Below, piece after piece: positions 9,739-19,288 of a DNA stretch of 56,305 bases. The DNA comes from a virus (lineage: Duplodnaviria > Caudoviricetes). Position 1 is the first letter of the stretch; every line of letters starts with the position of its first letter. The notes under the pieces are model-generated. The model was not told the origin of the DNA. It did not search any database and saw only the letters and a program-made list of their open reading frames with translations. The stretch lies in the IMG/VR virus record IMGVR_UViG_3300016469_000460, positions 1-56,305 of that record, one strand, 5' to 3'. The position numbers and the translations under genes are program-made.

Positions 9739-11541
9739 TTAGTTGTGAGTTACTGAAATACCAAGATTATTCAATTGTGCGATATAGCTAAGGCCAAGCG
9801 CTGTCGGTGCTGCATTTGTACCTGCTATCTTGACCGTTCTACCTGTGTATAGCCCCGGCGTTGATTCACCCCTCAAAGTTACACAAATTTTCACCAAATC
9901 AAAAAGGAAACTATCTACTTCCGAAGCAGACAATCCACAGTTATTTGCATCAAAGATAGCATTCTTAGCCCCTAATATACCTTGACAAAGGGTAATATCG
10001 TAATATGCGATATTTGAACAATTATTGATAGAATATTTATTGATAGCTCCGAAAGAAGTCGTATGCGACACACTTGTAATTGCACTATCCGCAACATCAA
10101 AAACATCTGCTATCGGCATAGTTGAAACATCTAGGACGGTATTAAGTGCTATATTTTTAATACCTAAGAATTTTGTTTCACTAGGTCTGTCGCCCCAACC
10201 GGAACCGATATTCAATGTCGTCAAAGCCTGATTGTCTGAACAGTCAAAAACAAGTATTTCGCCCCTCATAGCATCAATGTCGATGGAAACGCAATCTTTA
10301 TTTCCTGAAATAATGACATTATCAAGATTATTCAATTGAATAGTAGTCCCGAAGGTGACACCTGTCATATCGGGATTGCTAACGATGCTGACGTTAGCGC
10401 CATTGTCGAACAACAACGCTTCAAGGTCAATCGAATGATTAACCCCTGAATTTGTCAAAGAAAGAATAGTAGTTGCGGATGTGCTTTTCCCACCGCCCCA
10501 CAAGCTCCATGTCAAAAGCGCGGCACCGGATAAGAATATTTCACCTCCAAGATTTTCAAGGCCCGACATATCCAATATACTGCATCCGCTACCTTCTACA
10601 TACATCTTTTCAATCAAAGCGGTAGAACTTGGGGGGAAAGTAATAGCCAAAAGGTCAGGATTGCTATTGAATTGATATTGAGTAAGGCCAATGAAAAGTG
10701 TAAGGTCAAGGGTATTGACTATTTTTTGAGCTGTCATATTGATGCCCGTCACTAGTCCAAAATCACCCACTACAACATCCACCTGTTTCACACCACCTGT
10801 CAGGTAGTTATACGATGGATTATTGGAAGATACCCAATTTTGTGCGCCCGTGAAGTCAAAAAACAAAGTCGGGCCAGCATTGGTAAAAATAGGTTGGTGT
10901 ACTCCGATAATATCCGTTTCGTAGAACCAATTTGCTATCAATGGGAACAAAGGAACACCATTATAAGTAATTGATTCTAAGTCTGCATTGATAGGCTCAT
11001 TGAATTGAATGATGCTCCATATCGCTTGATATAGCTCAGGCGTAATCGTTGGCCCTGTCAGGTCAATTGTGTAGGGGCTACATGGTTGGCAACGGCCATT
11101 GTCAAAGGTTGGCCGTATATCGCTATCGAACTCCGTTGCGCTGTCAAATCCTCCTGTATCCCATACCTCTGTAATTACGGCCGTAATGCCCAACATAGCA
11201 AATAAAACCTGATAGCCCGGTATTGTACCGCGAATTGCTACATATCTATGCCAATGCTTAATGATGCGCTTTCTCATCATAGGGTCAAAGCTCAAAAATA
11301 AATAGCTATTCCCTAGACTTTGTTCTCTGTCTGGGATGTACTTATCGAGCATCGAGAAAGGCACTACCAAATTATCAAAGATGTTTTCAATGAAAGGCGT
11401 AATGTTTTCATCTATATCCTTTGCTATAATCTGATTGTACCGCTCTAATGTACCCTTACCATTGATGTCCTTATTAGGGTCGCTTTGTTTATCCGAACGA
11501 TGAAAAAAGCGAGAAAATAAGGTATTGAATAGACTAAGCAT
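9739..11541 (-). CDS. Baseplate wedge protein (P2 gpI/tail protein I-like) with C-terminal leucine-rich-repeat-like extension
   Basis: N-terminal RKRIIKHW..YVAIRGTIPGY..LFAMLG..ITEVW pattern of gpI-like proteins; C-terminal LDLTLFIGL, LDMSGLENL and FDCSDNQALTTLNI repeats. Confidence 0.72.
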   Translation of the reverse strand: MLSLFNTLFSRFFHRSDKQSDPNKDINGKGTLERYNQIIAKDIDENITPFIENIFDNLVVPFSMLDKYIPDREQSLGNSYLFLSFDPMMRKRIIKHWHRYVAIRGTIPGYQVLFAMLGITAVITEVWDTGGFDSATEFDSDIRPTFDNGRCQPCSPYTIDLTGPTITPELYQAIWSIIQFNEPINADLESITYNGVPLFPLIANWFYETDIIGVHQPIFTNAGPTLFFDFTGAQNWVSSNNPSYNYLTGGVKQVDVVVGDFGLVTGINMTAQKIVNTLDLTLFIGLTQYQFNSNPDLLAITFPPSSTALIEKMYVEGSGCSILDMSGLENLGGEIFLSGAALLTWSLWGGGKSTSATTILSLTNSGVNHSIDLEALLFDNGANVSIVSNPDMTGVTFGTTIQLNNLDNVIISGNKDCVSIDIDAMRGEILVFDCSDNQALTTLNIGSGWGDRPSETKFLGIKNIALNTVLDVSTMPIADVFDVADSAITSVSHTTSFGAINKYSINNCSNIAYYDITLCQGILGAKNAIFDANNCGLSASEVDSFLFDLVKICVTLRGESTPGLYTGRTVKIAGTNAAPTALGLSYIAQLNNLGISVTHN

Positions 11542-11920
11542 AAGCAATTAGTGCAATAGCTGCTATGATTATTTTTGTAAGAAAATGGGCATATTGGTCA
11601 GCTCCGAATAACCACCAATGCCACTTATTTTTACTATCGGCTAAGAAAGGATATTTTACGCTCAATTTGCCTTTTCCAATGTCAATAAGTGTATGTAGCG
11701 GCGCTTCTAGTCCGAAGCCCAATAAGATAGCAACATACAAAGGTACGAACATTGTCAGTACCAAAAATACTAAAGCGCCATGCACTAGACCATGACAAAG
11801 GATAGGAAAAAAGGGCTTGCCTATGCTCTTAGCTTTGAGCATCCAATCAGTACTAAGGTGCGTAAAATCCCCGAAGAAAGCTGCGAGTTGAAGTAATACC
11901 AATAAAATTAAAATTCCCAT
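11534..11920 (-). CDS. DUF3307-like membrane protein
   Basis: FFGDF, HGLVHG, HTLIDIGK and FGADQYAH motifs with TM helices. Confidence 0.75.
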   Translation of the reverse strand: MGILILLVLLQLAAFFGDFTHLSTDWMLKAKSIGKPFFPILCHGLVHGALVFLVLTMFVPLYVAILLGFGLEAPLHTLIDIGKGKLSVKYPFLADSKNKWHWWLFGADQYAHFLTKIIIAAIALIAYA

Positions 11921-11944
11921 GTTGTCGCTGTTTTTTGAATGTTA

Positions 11945-13627
11945 CTAGATGCCACCTACCGAAGTAATTGCAAAATCCGAAGCCAATGCCGTAGGGATGC
12001 TTTGTTCTTGCAATTGTAGGTCATTGGTAGTATATGGATAGGTATAAAATTCAAAGGTATCATTAATGGCATAAGTACCTGTAATAGTGAATTGAACTTC
12101 TGTTTGTGACACCAAAGCTCCGGTAGAGAAGTTGCCCACAAAATTGTTATCCTTGAACAAATTGAAGTTCGTAGCGGATAAAAATTGAATAGTCCATCTA
12201 TTAGTTGTGGTAGATGCTGTTGTAATACTTGGTGTCCATGTAAGTACCTGATTGATATTCGTAACACTAGGTCTTGCATAAGGCACAGGTACAATAGCCG
12301 AAATAGTAGAACTCAATACGCCTGTGGTGTTATCTATCGTTTGGTAAATATCAGATATGTGAACCGTACCACCTATTTGCTGATTAGCAGTTGAGAAGTA
12401 CGCAAGCAGGTTATTGATAACCGCCGTTTCTACCTGTGAGCGTATGTAGTTGGGTGCAATACGTAGGGTGAATGCTAATTGTATTCTGATTTCCCCTGCT
12501 GCTTGTACGCGCACGCGCGTAGTAACCATTCGACGCGATTCGTACCAAGTCTGAACATCCGCTATCAGCACACCCGACGCAATGCCGCCGCCATTAGGAA
12601 CGATATACACATCAACTGTTTTGCCACAATTGAAAAAGATGCTTGTTTGTTCTACGTCGGGATGTAAATTACCGATGTCTATATAGTTTTGATAGGTAAC
12701 AGCCGTATTGTGTGTGCGAATGAGTAATGGGATATGCTTTTTCAAGCTATCCAAGCTTTCTACATCCGTACCGCCTGCTGCTCTATTCGGATTCGTAACA
12801 CTTAAAGTCCATCCGGCAGGGACTACAGGAGGGCTAACAATATTAGTTAGGCTATTAGCTGCTACATTACCTGTTACGCCGTCGCATTGGTCATAGTTCA
12901 AGGTGATTGCAGCCCCTAGCGGTGGGATAGCGCCATTCACACCATCACCGAACTTGATAATGACTTTGCGCTGCTCATTCACCGTTTGAACAAAGGCTTG
13001 TGTAGCAGGGGCAGAATAGGCAAAGGTTTCTACATTTGACCATGCTACAAAGCTCACAAAGGCCACAGTCGAAAAGCCTGCAACCTGATTAGGGATTTCA
13101 AAGACTTGGTTCGCGGTTCCGTCCGATGTACCTAGGGAAAGCCCTGTGACGGGTCTTGCATTAGTAGCAGGAACGGTGACGGATAACAAAAATTCATTAC
13201 TGATATAAGCAGGGATAGAAGCGGCGGCGGTAGTGAAAAACGATATACCGTCTGCTGTAACGATTTCCGTACCGATAGGGATAGTCAAGCCTGCGAAAGG
13301 TGCGCCCGTTGGATGGGTAACAGAAAATACAAGGTCAACCGTTGCAGGCTGCTGCGAGGCAATGCGATAATCGTACTGATTCGCTATTTTGACCCCCGTC
13401 CAATATAAGCGGCATCTTGTCAGGAAGGTTTCGCGGGCCATGTTGTCAATGTAGTACCCTAACATTTCGGCAATGGAGGCCCAAACGGACAGCATACGAA
13501 CCAAGATGTTTGATTCGTTATGGTCCGTAATTTCAGGCGTAAGCGTTGTGAGGTAATTCAACGCCGTTTGCTTTATTTGGTCATAGCTCCTATCAATGTA
13601 GGATAGAAATGGATTATTCAATGCCAT
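11945..13627 (-). CDS. Baseplate J-like (T4 gp6/gp47-type) protein
   Basis: RSYDQIK, YYIDNMARETFL, IKFGDGVNGAIPP and AAGGTDVESLDSLK...AVTYQNY motifs. Confidence 0.92.
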   Translation of the reverse strand: MALNNPFLSYIDRSYDQIKQTALNYLTTLTPEITDHNESNILVRMLSVWASIAEMLGYYIDNMARETFLTRCRLYWTGVKIANQYDYRIASQQPATVDLVFSVTHPTGAPFAGLTIPIGTEIVTADGISFFTTAAASIPAYISNEFLLSVTVPATNARPVTGLSLGTSDGTANQVFEIPNQVAGFSTVAFVSFVAWSNVETFAYSAPATQAFVQTVNEQRKVIIKFGDGVNGAIPPLGAAITLNYDQCDGVTGNVAANSLTNIVSPPVVPAGWTLSVTNPNRAAGGTDVESLDSLKKHIPLLIRTHNTAVTYQNYIDIGNLHPDVEQTSIFFNCGKTVDVYIVPNGGGIASGVLIADVQTWYESRRMVTTRVRVQAAGEIRIQLAFTLRIAPNYIRSQVETAVINNLLAYFSTANQQIGGTVHISDIYQTIDNTTGVLSSTISAIVPVPYARPSVTNINQVLTWTPSITTASTTTNRWTIQFLSATNFNLFKDNNFVGNFSTGALVSQTEVQFTITGTYAINDTFEFYTYPYTTNDLQLQEQSIPTALASDFAITSVGGI

Positions 13628-13826
13628 TGTCAAAATGTATTTTTATGTTTTCTCTGCAATCTTCCAAGGAAGCAACGCCGCTACTGTCCACAAAGGCACC
13701 GTTTTCGGAATATACCACCCAAGTGTATTTGTCCTTGCTTTTTTCGGTAATAGCACCTACCTTCTTGCCATTCAAAAGACATTCAATTTCGCTGCCTTTT
13801 CTTTTGAATTGCCACAATTGAGCCAT
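13614..13826 (-). CDS. Hypothetical protein
   Basis: 70-aa ORF tightly coupled between the gp25-like and baseplate J genes. Confidence 0.6.
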   Translation of the reverse strand: MAQLWQFKRKGSEIECLLNGKKVGAITEKSKDKYTWVVYSENGAFVDSSGVASLEDCRENIKIHFDNGIE

Positions 13827-13827
13827 A

Positions 13828-14253
13828 TCAATATTTTAGTTCTCGATAGAAAGGGAAAACATAGTTTTCGATATTATTCGTAGCGATAATTCTATAGTTG
13901 ATGTTGAATTTCAAGACACTTACCTTAGCCGAAAGCCCACCATCGGTTCTGTCTTCAATTTCTTTTTTGCTTTCGATGTCAAGTATCTGAATGCGCTTTT
14001 CCCAATTCTGTAGGGCCTCAACAATGAAGGTTCTACCCAAGGACATAGCAACGCTATCAGAAGGCAGGAAAAGCAGTTGATGCAATCTTGAACCAAAGTA
14101 GGGATTATGTTGTAATGTACCCTGCTCAATGTTCAAAATTTGCCGAATACTTTGTTCAATAGCTACCTTTCCCGTTACAACACGGCCCGCTCCGCTTGCA
14201 ACTGCTAGCGGATATTCTAAGGATGTGCCGATATAGTTAAGAATGCTTGCCAT
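13828..14253 (-). CDS. Baseplate wedge subunit (T4 gp25/GPW-like)
   Basis: IEQSIRQIL...G...NPYFGSRL...LF...IVEALQNWEKRI; YVFPFY C-terminus. Confidence 0.92.
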   Translation of the reverse strand: MASILNYIGTSLEYPLAVASGAGRVVTGKVAIEQSIRQILNIEQGTLQHNPYFGSRLHQLLFLPSDSVAMSLGRTFIVEALQNWEKRIQILDIESKKEIEDRTDGGLSAKVSVLKFNINYRIIATNNIENYVFPFYRELKY

Positions 14254-15005
14254 TATGATAATTTTACTTTGTTCGATTTTGTACTACCGATACTTGTCTT
14301 CAATTGCGAAATATTAGAGCTTACGGTGGTTAATTCTGCCAAAACAGGCACCATAGCCGTCTGAAACGTTGCCGCCGTTGGTGGACTGATTGAACCTAGT
14401 GCGGTTGTCATAGCTGCGATAACTGTATTCAATTGTGCTACGACCTTCAAAAGTTGGTCTAGGTGTCCATCGTGTATGTCGCCGTTTTTATCACCCAATA
14501 CAGCAGGTTCGTTTTCACCGTACAATTTAACCACATTATCCGACATTTCAATATATGCCCCATCTACATTTTGCAATCGGGTAATTTTTTTTCTACTATT
14601 GAATAGCAGATAGCTACCGCCTCGCTTGATAATTGACACATCGGGATAGTCTTCACCGCCAGCTTCTTTCGGAAATTCAGATTCGCCGCCCTTGGGTTTT
14701 GCCCACCATCCACCGAAATATGACGGAAAGCGTGGGTTGCCATTTTCAAAGCATACCCACACCCCATCACCGACAGCAGGAACAGCGAAAAACCCCGTGT
14801 CGTTACCAGCAATTGTTATTGGCCATGCCCAAACATCCAAGGTTTGTTCCCCTGTAATTTGAGCAATCTTTATTTTTATCCTACCTTGCTTTTCAGGGTC
14901 ATTGTTATCCATGCAGATACCTCGATAGACGGAATAGAAAAGCCGTAAGGTATTTTCAAGACCATGCTTTTTTGATATTTGGATAAATTCGGTATATTCT
15001 AACAT
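14253..15005 (-). CDS. Baseplate spike (gpV/gp5 OB-fold)
   Basis: YRGICMDNNDPEKQGRIKIK...WAWP...GFFAVPAVGDGVWVCFENGNPRFP. Confidence 0.92.
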   Translation of the reverse strand: MLEYTEFIQISKKHGLENTLRLFYSVYRGICMDNNDPEKQGRIKIKIAQITGEQTLDVWAWPITIAGNDTGFFAVPAVGDGVWVCFENGNPRFPSYFGGWWAKPKGGESEFPKEAGGEDYPDVSIIKRGGSYLLFNSRKKITRLQNVDGAYIEMSDNVVKLYGENEPAVLGDKNGDIHDGHLDQLLKVVAQLNTVIAAMTTALGSISPPTAATFQTAMVPVLAELTTVSSNISQLKTSIGSTKSNKVKLS

Positions 15006-15008
15006 AGC

Positions 15009-16286
15009 TTATTGCTTTACTTTGAACTCAGTCTTTTTATTCAATACCCTATTCCCATTGGCATCAAAAGCATATATTTCTTTTTTGGTTTCTGCGACAA
15101 CACCACCCACAGTTGTATTGACGGTGGACTTATCATCATTGGCCGTATCATTAGAGCTATTAGGGGAAACGGTAGCATTCTTTTTCATTTCCAAGGTAGT
15201 GATAAAACCTCCGGTACTTACATCGTCCGTAATGCACTTGATAAGAAAATTACCATTGTCATCAGAAACAGGAAGTCCGGTAATTGTCACTACAGTATTC
15301 AATCGAAGGGAAGGTGTGCCATTGATAGTGAGCGTACCTTTGATGCCCTCATATTGACTTGTCTTGGTAAGGCTATTTGCCTCATTGCTCAATTCATCAG
15401 CATTTGGATTTCCCGAAATTACCTTCGAGCCAACACCGGAAATGCCCAAAGCCTTAGATAGGAATCCGCCGCCGTTTTCATTTATTTTTCTATTGAACTC
15501 ACCGCCTGCCGAAAACTCATATCCGAACTTTCCACCCAAGTCTATATTTTCGCTCAATGTACCCTTGCTTGCCGTTTTTTCAACTACCTGCTTTTCGTTC
15601 GGGTCAAATCCTACGATGCTTGTCCCTGCGCTGCCAATGGCACTATCTTTTTTTTCCTGCTCCGAAATAGCAAATTTGATAATCTTGCTGTCTTTGGCAA
15701 AGTCAAAGGTAAGGTCGGATGCTTGGTCAGAACCGATGCGCTCCAATATCAAAAATCCGTCATCTACATAGAGGGAAAAGTTACCGCTTTCATCTTGCTG
15801 CACAATCTCCATCAAAAAAGCCCAATCATCTTTTTGGCTCTGAGGGTAATTGTTCCAAATGTAGGTAGAATTTTCGCCCTTGAACTCTAATCCGTACTTT
15901 ACTGCAATCTCCTTGCAAATGTCCGTTGTGGTTACGCTTGACCAAACCTTATCGGAAAAGGATTTTTTGATAACAGAACTCACATCCCTAGCGGTCACCT
16001 CCATTGATACTTTGGTGCCGTTGTAGCTCCTTGCTATTTCGACAATCCTAGCTTGATGCACTACAGATTTCAAGCCTGCTTTGAATCCATATTGAAATTC
16101 TACCGTCATGCCCCTTTTTAATGCCGTTGCCGCAAGCTGTATATAGGACTGCTCAATAGTGAATTTCAATTCGTTTTCCTTTTCCACCTCTCTCTTATAA
16201 CTCATCTTGGAAACAAAGTCGGATATATCCACCTTGTTCCCGTCAATGGTCACAAAAAAGCTTTTGAATGGAGCGTAATTAGGCAT
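15009..16286 (-). CDS. Baseplate hub / late control protein D (gp27-like)
   Basis: DICKEIAVKYGL, QSQKDDWAFL and GTPSLRLNTVVTITG...GNFLIKCITD motifs; gene position. Confidence 0.88.
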   Translation of the reverse strand: MPNYAPFKSFFVTIDGNKVDISDFVSKMSYKREVEKENELKFTIEQSYIQLAATALKRGMTVEFQYGFKAGLKSVVHQARIVEIARSYNGTKVSMEVTARDVSSVIKKSFSDKVWSSVTTTDICKEIAVKYGLEFKGENSTYIWNNYPQSQKDDWAFLMEIVQQDESGNFSLYVDDGFLILERIGSDQASDLTFDFAKDSKIIKFAISEQEKKDSAIGSAGTSIVGFDPNEKQVVEKTASKGTLSENIDLGGKFGYEFSAGGEFNRKINENGGGFLSKALGISGVGSKVISGNPNADELSNEANSLTKTSQYEGIKGTLTINGTPSLRLNTVVTITGLPVSDDNGNFLIKCITDDVSTGGFITTLEMKKNATVSPNSSNDTANDDKSTVNTTVGGVVAETKKEIYAFDANGNRVLNKKTEFKVKQ

Positions 16287-16291
16287 AGTTC

Positions 16292-16465
16292 TTAGAAGCT
16301 AATTTTTGAATTTTTAGGCTCGGTTTTTTCACCGCTCAATTTTTCGTTAATGGCTTTGGCCTTTTTCAACTTTTCAGCTTTTTCGATTTCGAGCAAAAGC
16401 TCTTTTTCGATATGGTCATTGCCTTCGTTTTGGCCGCCTTGAATGTTTTTGTTTTTACCTTCCAT
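16292..16465 (-). CDS. Small lysine/glutamate-rich protein (57 aa), absent from the ORF track
   Basis: MEGKNKNIQGGQNEGNDHIEKELLLEIEKAEKLKKAKAINEKLSGEKTEPKNSKISF*; ends 5 nt before the gpD-like start. Confidence 0.55.
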   Translation of the reverse strand: MEGKNKNIQGGQNEGNDHIEKELLLEIEKAEKLKKAKAINEKLSGEKTEPKNSKISF

Positions 16466-16559
16466 GTTACAGTTTTGTTACAAAAATGTTACAGTTAATA
16501 TATTGATATTCAGTTAATTACAATGTGCTTTGTTACAAAAATGTTACAGTTTTGTTACA
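16465..16559. repeat. Helically phased TGTTACA direct repeats (2 x 3 copies)
   Basis: Exact TGTTACA at 16465, 16476, 16487, 16531, 16542 and 16553; all offsets are multiples of 11; AT-rich spacer between the triplets. Confidence 0.9.
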
Positions 16560-16560
16560 C

Positions 16561-16911
16561 TTATTTGAGTTCCGGTTGCTGTCTAAGGATATTCGGTAAG
16601 ACTATTTCAAGGTCGGAAATCGGAACTAATTCACCATCGCCAACAATCATATTGGGTTCAAGTGGATTGAAGACATTGTTCCTATCAGCTAAGAGCCACC
16701 AATAATGGTCGGAATTTGCTACAACATCCCTATAGGCATTATAGGACAATAGCCTAAGTTCATCATCTGTCTTGGGAGTGATATAGTTGTCCGTTTGGTC
16801 CTGTTTCACCTCCAAAGTGTCACGCATTAGGAGCTGTTCACCGTCACCGAAATCAATGATTCTACCGTTTTGATATAGGTTACTGTCCCTTACTTTCAAT
16901 GTTGTTGCCAT
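16561..16911 (-). CDS. Baseplate/tail X (LysM-like, T4 gp53-like) protein
   Basis: DELRLLSYNAY...YWWLLADRNNVFNPL...IVLP pattern; located upstream of the gpD-like gene. Confidence 0.75.
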   Translation of the reverse strand: MATTLKVRDSNLYQNGRIIDFGDGEQLLMRDTLEVKQDQTDNYITPKTDDELRLLSYNAYRDVVANSDHYWWLLADRNNVFNPLEPNMIVGDGELVPISDLEIVLPNILRQQPELK

Positions 16912-18236
16912 AGGTCAATATCATAGAATTTTTTCAGGTTATTGTAATAAGCTTCCTTGACTACTTCAATCTTGAAAGGGTTTTGAATGAAGTTGTGTAT
17001 TGGCCCGAATACACGGCCATACAATCGCTTTGGTACTAGCTGCTCAATGACCCTTATTTTTTCGTAATTGGTCATAGACAGATACTTTTTGGAAAGCAAT
17101 ATCTTGAACACGTCATCATCTTCGGCTTTGGCCCTATTGATAATTGACTGTTCAATAGCGCTCACATTGCTTGTGATGTAGGCCGTTGTTGTCAAAGAAA
17201 TGTTTTGCCCTACAAACTTGTGCATATTCCTTACAAGGATGTCCCTAGCAGGGATAAGATTCACAGGTTCGCCCTCCATTGGTGTGAATGGCATAGGAAC
17301 AAAATGTGTGCATTGTAAAAATACATTCAATTTCCTGCCACTAAGATTATTGCAATTCTTTTCGGCATAGCGGACATTATCTATCAGTTCCGAAACATCC
17401 AAGTCATCTTCTTGCTCAAAAGGATAGCCAACGACACAATATAGCTTCAAGGTAGTGCTTTTTTGATTCGATGTTTCAAAGTACTTCAAAAAAGTTTTCT
17501 GTATCGCCTTGTTGGTAATATTGGCCCTATTCACCGTCCTACGTGCCTTTTCTGTTAGTCCGTCAATAGCTGTGATGAAATAAGAATTATTCAAGCTCCA
17601 ATCGGTTTCAGCTATGGTGTTTTCACAGTCATTCAAACCCGACTTATAGCCTATGACCTCCTTATCTGTTTTAAGCTCGTTTTTCCAAGTATATTGACAG
17701 AAGTAACACTTTTTGCGGCACCCGATATGAACCTCCTTGATACCTTTCAAGTGCGTTGGAATTTCCCCTTCTTGAATCGAATCAATGTCAAGAAATTCCG
17801 TTAGCTGTCCTATTTGATATACACCTTGCAAGTCAGGGTCTTTTTCTCGATACCACACATTGGGCAAGTCTTGCCCTTGAAGTATCTTATTGATTAGCCC
17901 TTCACCGCGTCCCCAACAAGCCGCCCAAATTTTCTTTCGATAAGGCGTTGGATTGGTCATTCCTGCACCGCCTATGATAATTTTAGACTTGACCTCAATA
18001 TCCTTGATAGTATAGAGTAGGTTATAAGCATCGTAGTAACTGACAATGGATACCAAAACAAAATCCACCTCATTGATTTGACTAGCTGAAATATAGCTTA
18101 CTTCATAGGCTTGACTGTCAATTTCGGATATTATTTTTCGGAATCCAAAGTGCTTGATATTATCAAAGGAAACGTTCTTATGTAAGTCGCGTTCTTTGAT
18201 TTTTTCGGTGAAGATAAGAATGCCTACTTTTTCCAT
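16896..18236 (-). CDS. Radical SAM protein with N-terminal cobalamin-binding-like domain
   Basis: CxxxCxxC (GCRKKCYFCQ); N-terminal DFVLVSI..IIIGGAG...GRGE Rossmannoid B12-binding pattern; KLYCVVGYPFE and FVPMPFTP. Confidence 0.88.
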   Translation of the reverse strand: MEKVGILIFTEKIKERDLHKNVSFDNIKHFGFRKIISEIDSQAYEVSYISASQINEVDFVLVSIVSYYDAYNLLYTIKDIEVKSKIIIGGAGMTNPTPYRKKIWAACWGRGEGLINKILQGQDLPNVWYREKDPDLQGVYQIGQLTEFLDIDSIQEGEIPTHLKGIKEVHIGCRKKCYFCQYTWKNELKTDKEVIGYKSGLNDCENTIAETDWSLNNSYFITAIDGLTEKARRTVNRANITNKAIQKTFLKYFETSNQKSTTLKLYCVVGYPFEQEDDLDVSELIDNVRYAEKNCNNLSGRKLNVFLQCTHFVPMPFTPMEGEPVNLIPARDILVRNMHKFVGQNISLTTTAYITSNVSAIEQSIINRAKAEDDDVFKILLSKKYLSMTNYEKIRVIEQLVPKRLYGRVFGPIHNFIQNPFKIEVVKEAYYNNLKKFYDIDLWQQH

Positions 18237-18775
18237 TTGAACCCACACTTAGGACATTGGCAATCTTGCGTTTTCGGCGCTTGACCACCGTTAGCGAATT
18301 GCGACGGGTCGTATTGTTCGCCTTCTTGTTCATTGTCTTGATTTTCGAGTGCTTCCAATTCTTTTTTATCAAATCCGTAACGCTCCAAGTCTTCTTTCTC
18401 AAATTCTTTCAGCACTTCAAAGTCCCAAGTACCGCCGCCCTTATTCGCTACAATATTTGCCTTCTCGCGCTGTTTTTCTGTCCACCGGACTTCTCTATAG
18501 TTCATCTTCACACCGTTCCAAATGGCATAGCCGTAGGCAACGGTGCCAAATTCATCAGGAGCGTCATTCCTTTGGATAATTTCAATATCGCAATCATTGA
18601 TGTCAATCACTTTTGACCTCTGATTGCCCGATATAATTTCATTGCTGTTAAGGTCAATCACAATGCCTGAAATGTCCCCAAGCTCCTTGATGGTTTCTTT
18701 GAGGTCATTCAATTGCTTTCCGCTAATCTTGCGAGGGTTCTTGTGATATTCCTTGAATTTTTTAGACTTTGCCAT
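18224..18775 (-). CDS. ParB/Srx N-terminal domain protein with C-terminal Zn ribbon
   Basis: YHKNPRKI...LKETIKELG...IISGNQR; ANIVANKGGGTWDFEVL; CPKCGFKW. Confidence 0.85.
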   Translation of the reverse strand: MAKSKKFKEYHKNPRKISGKQLNDLKETIKELGDISGIVIDLNSNEIISGNQRSKVIDINDCDIEIIQRNDAPDEFGTVAYGYAIWNGVKMNYREVRWTEKQREKANIVANKGGGTWDFEVLKEFEKEDLERYGFDKKELEALENQDNEQEGEQYDPSQFANGGQAPKTQDCQCPKCGFKWKK

Positions 18776-18796
18776 ATTTTCGCTGTTTTGATGGTT

Positions 18797-19285
18797 TTAT
18801 CTACCGTAATTCATATTTCTAATGTCGTCCCCATAGATGTCCCGTTCAGTATCTCGAACGAAATTCAAAGAGGCTATTGCATATAGAGGCAATGCCCCTG
18901 CTGAAAGGTCGGGTACATCGTATTCAACGCCTACACTTGTCAGAATCCAAATTTCATCTTTGAATAAGTCTCCGAAGACAATCTTTAATCTCGATGGAGG
19001 TCTTTGTCTTTCGCTGTAGGTCATGGATTCCAACCACTTTATTTTGCGCTTCACGTCCATGCGGTTCGATTCCAATGAATAAAAGTCCATTGCAAAGGAT
19101 AGTGACGTACTACCACCTACAAAATGATGCAGGTCATTGTTACGGCCAACAATAGCGACATTACTCACATTGGCCGTGCGCTCATAATTGATTTTATCCG
19201 GTGTATATTGAAATGCTAAGGTTTCCACTTGGGGCAAGTCAATAGCCACGATATAAAGCTGTGATAATAGTTCTTTCCTTGCCAT
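18797..19285 (-). CDS. Tail tube initiator / baseplate-tube protein (CIS-tube-like, P2 gpU-like position)
   Basis: FQYTPDKINYER...GGSTSLSFAMDF...PPSRLKIVFG...WILTSVGVEY; directly after the tape measure gene. Confidence 0.75.
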   Translation of the reverse strand: MARKELLSQLYIVAIDLPQVETLAFQYTPDKINYERTANVSNVAIVGRNNDLHHFVGGSTSLSFAMDFYSLESNRMDVKRKIKWLESMTYSERQRPPSRLKIVFGDLFKDEIWILTSVGVEYDVPDLSAGALPLYAIASLNFVRDTERDIYGDDIRNMNYGR

Positions 19286-19288
19286 ACC

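Noticed and set aside
8064-11541. Diversity-generating retroelement or invertible tail-fibre cassette
   Set aside because: No reverse transcriptase, invertase or duplicated template/variable repeat is visible in the window
16465-16559. TGTTACA block as a CRISPR array
   Set aside because: 7-bp repeats with 4-bp linkers are far too short; reported instead as phased binding sites
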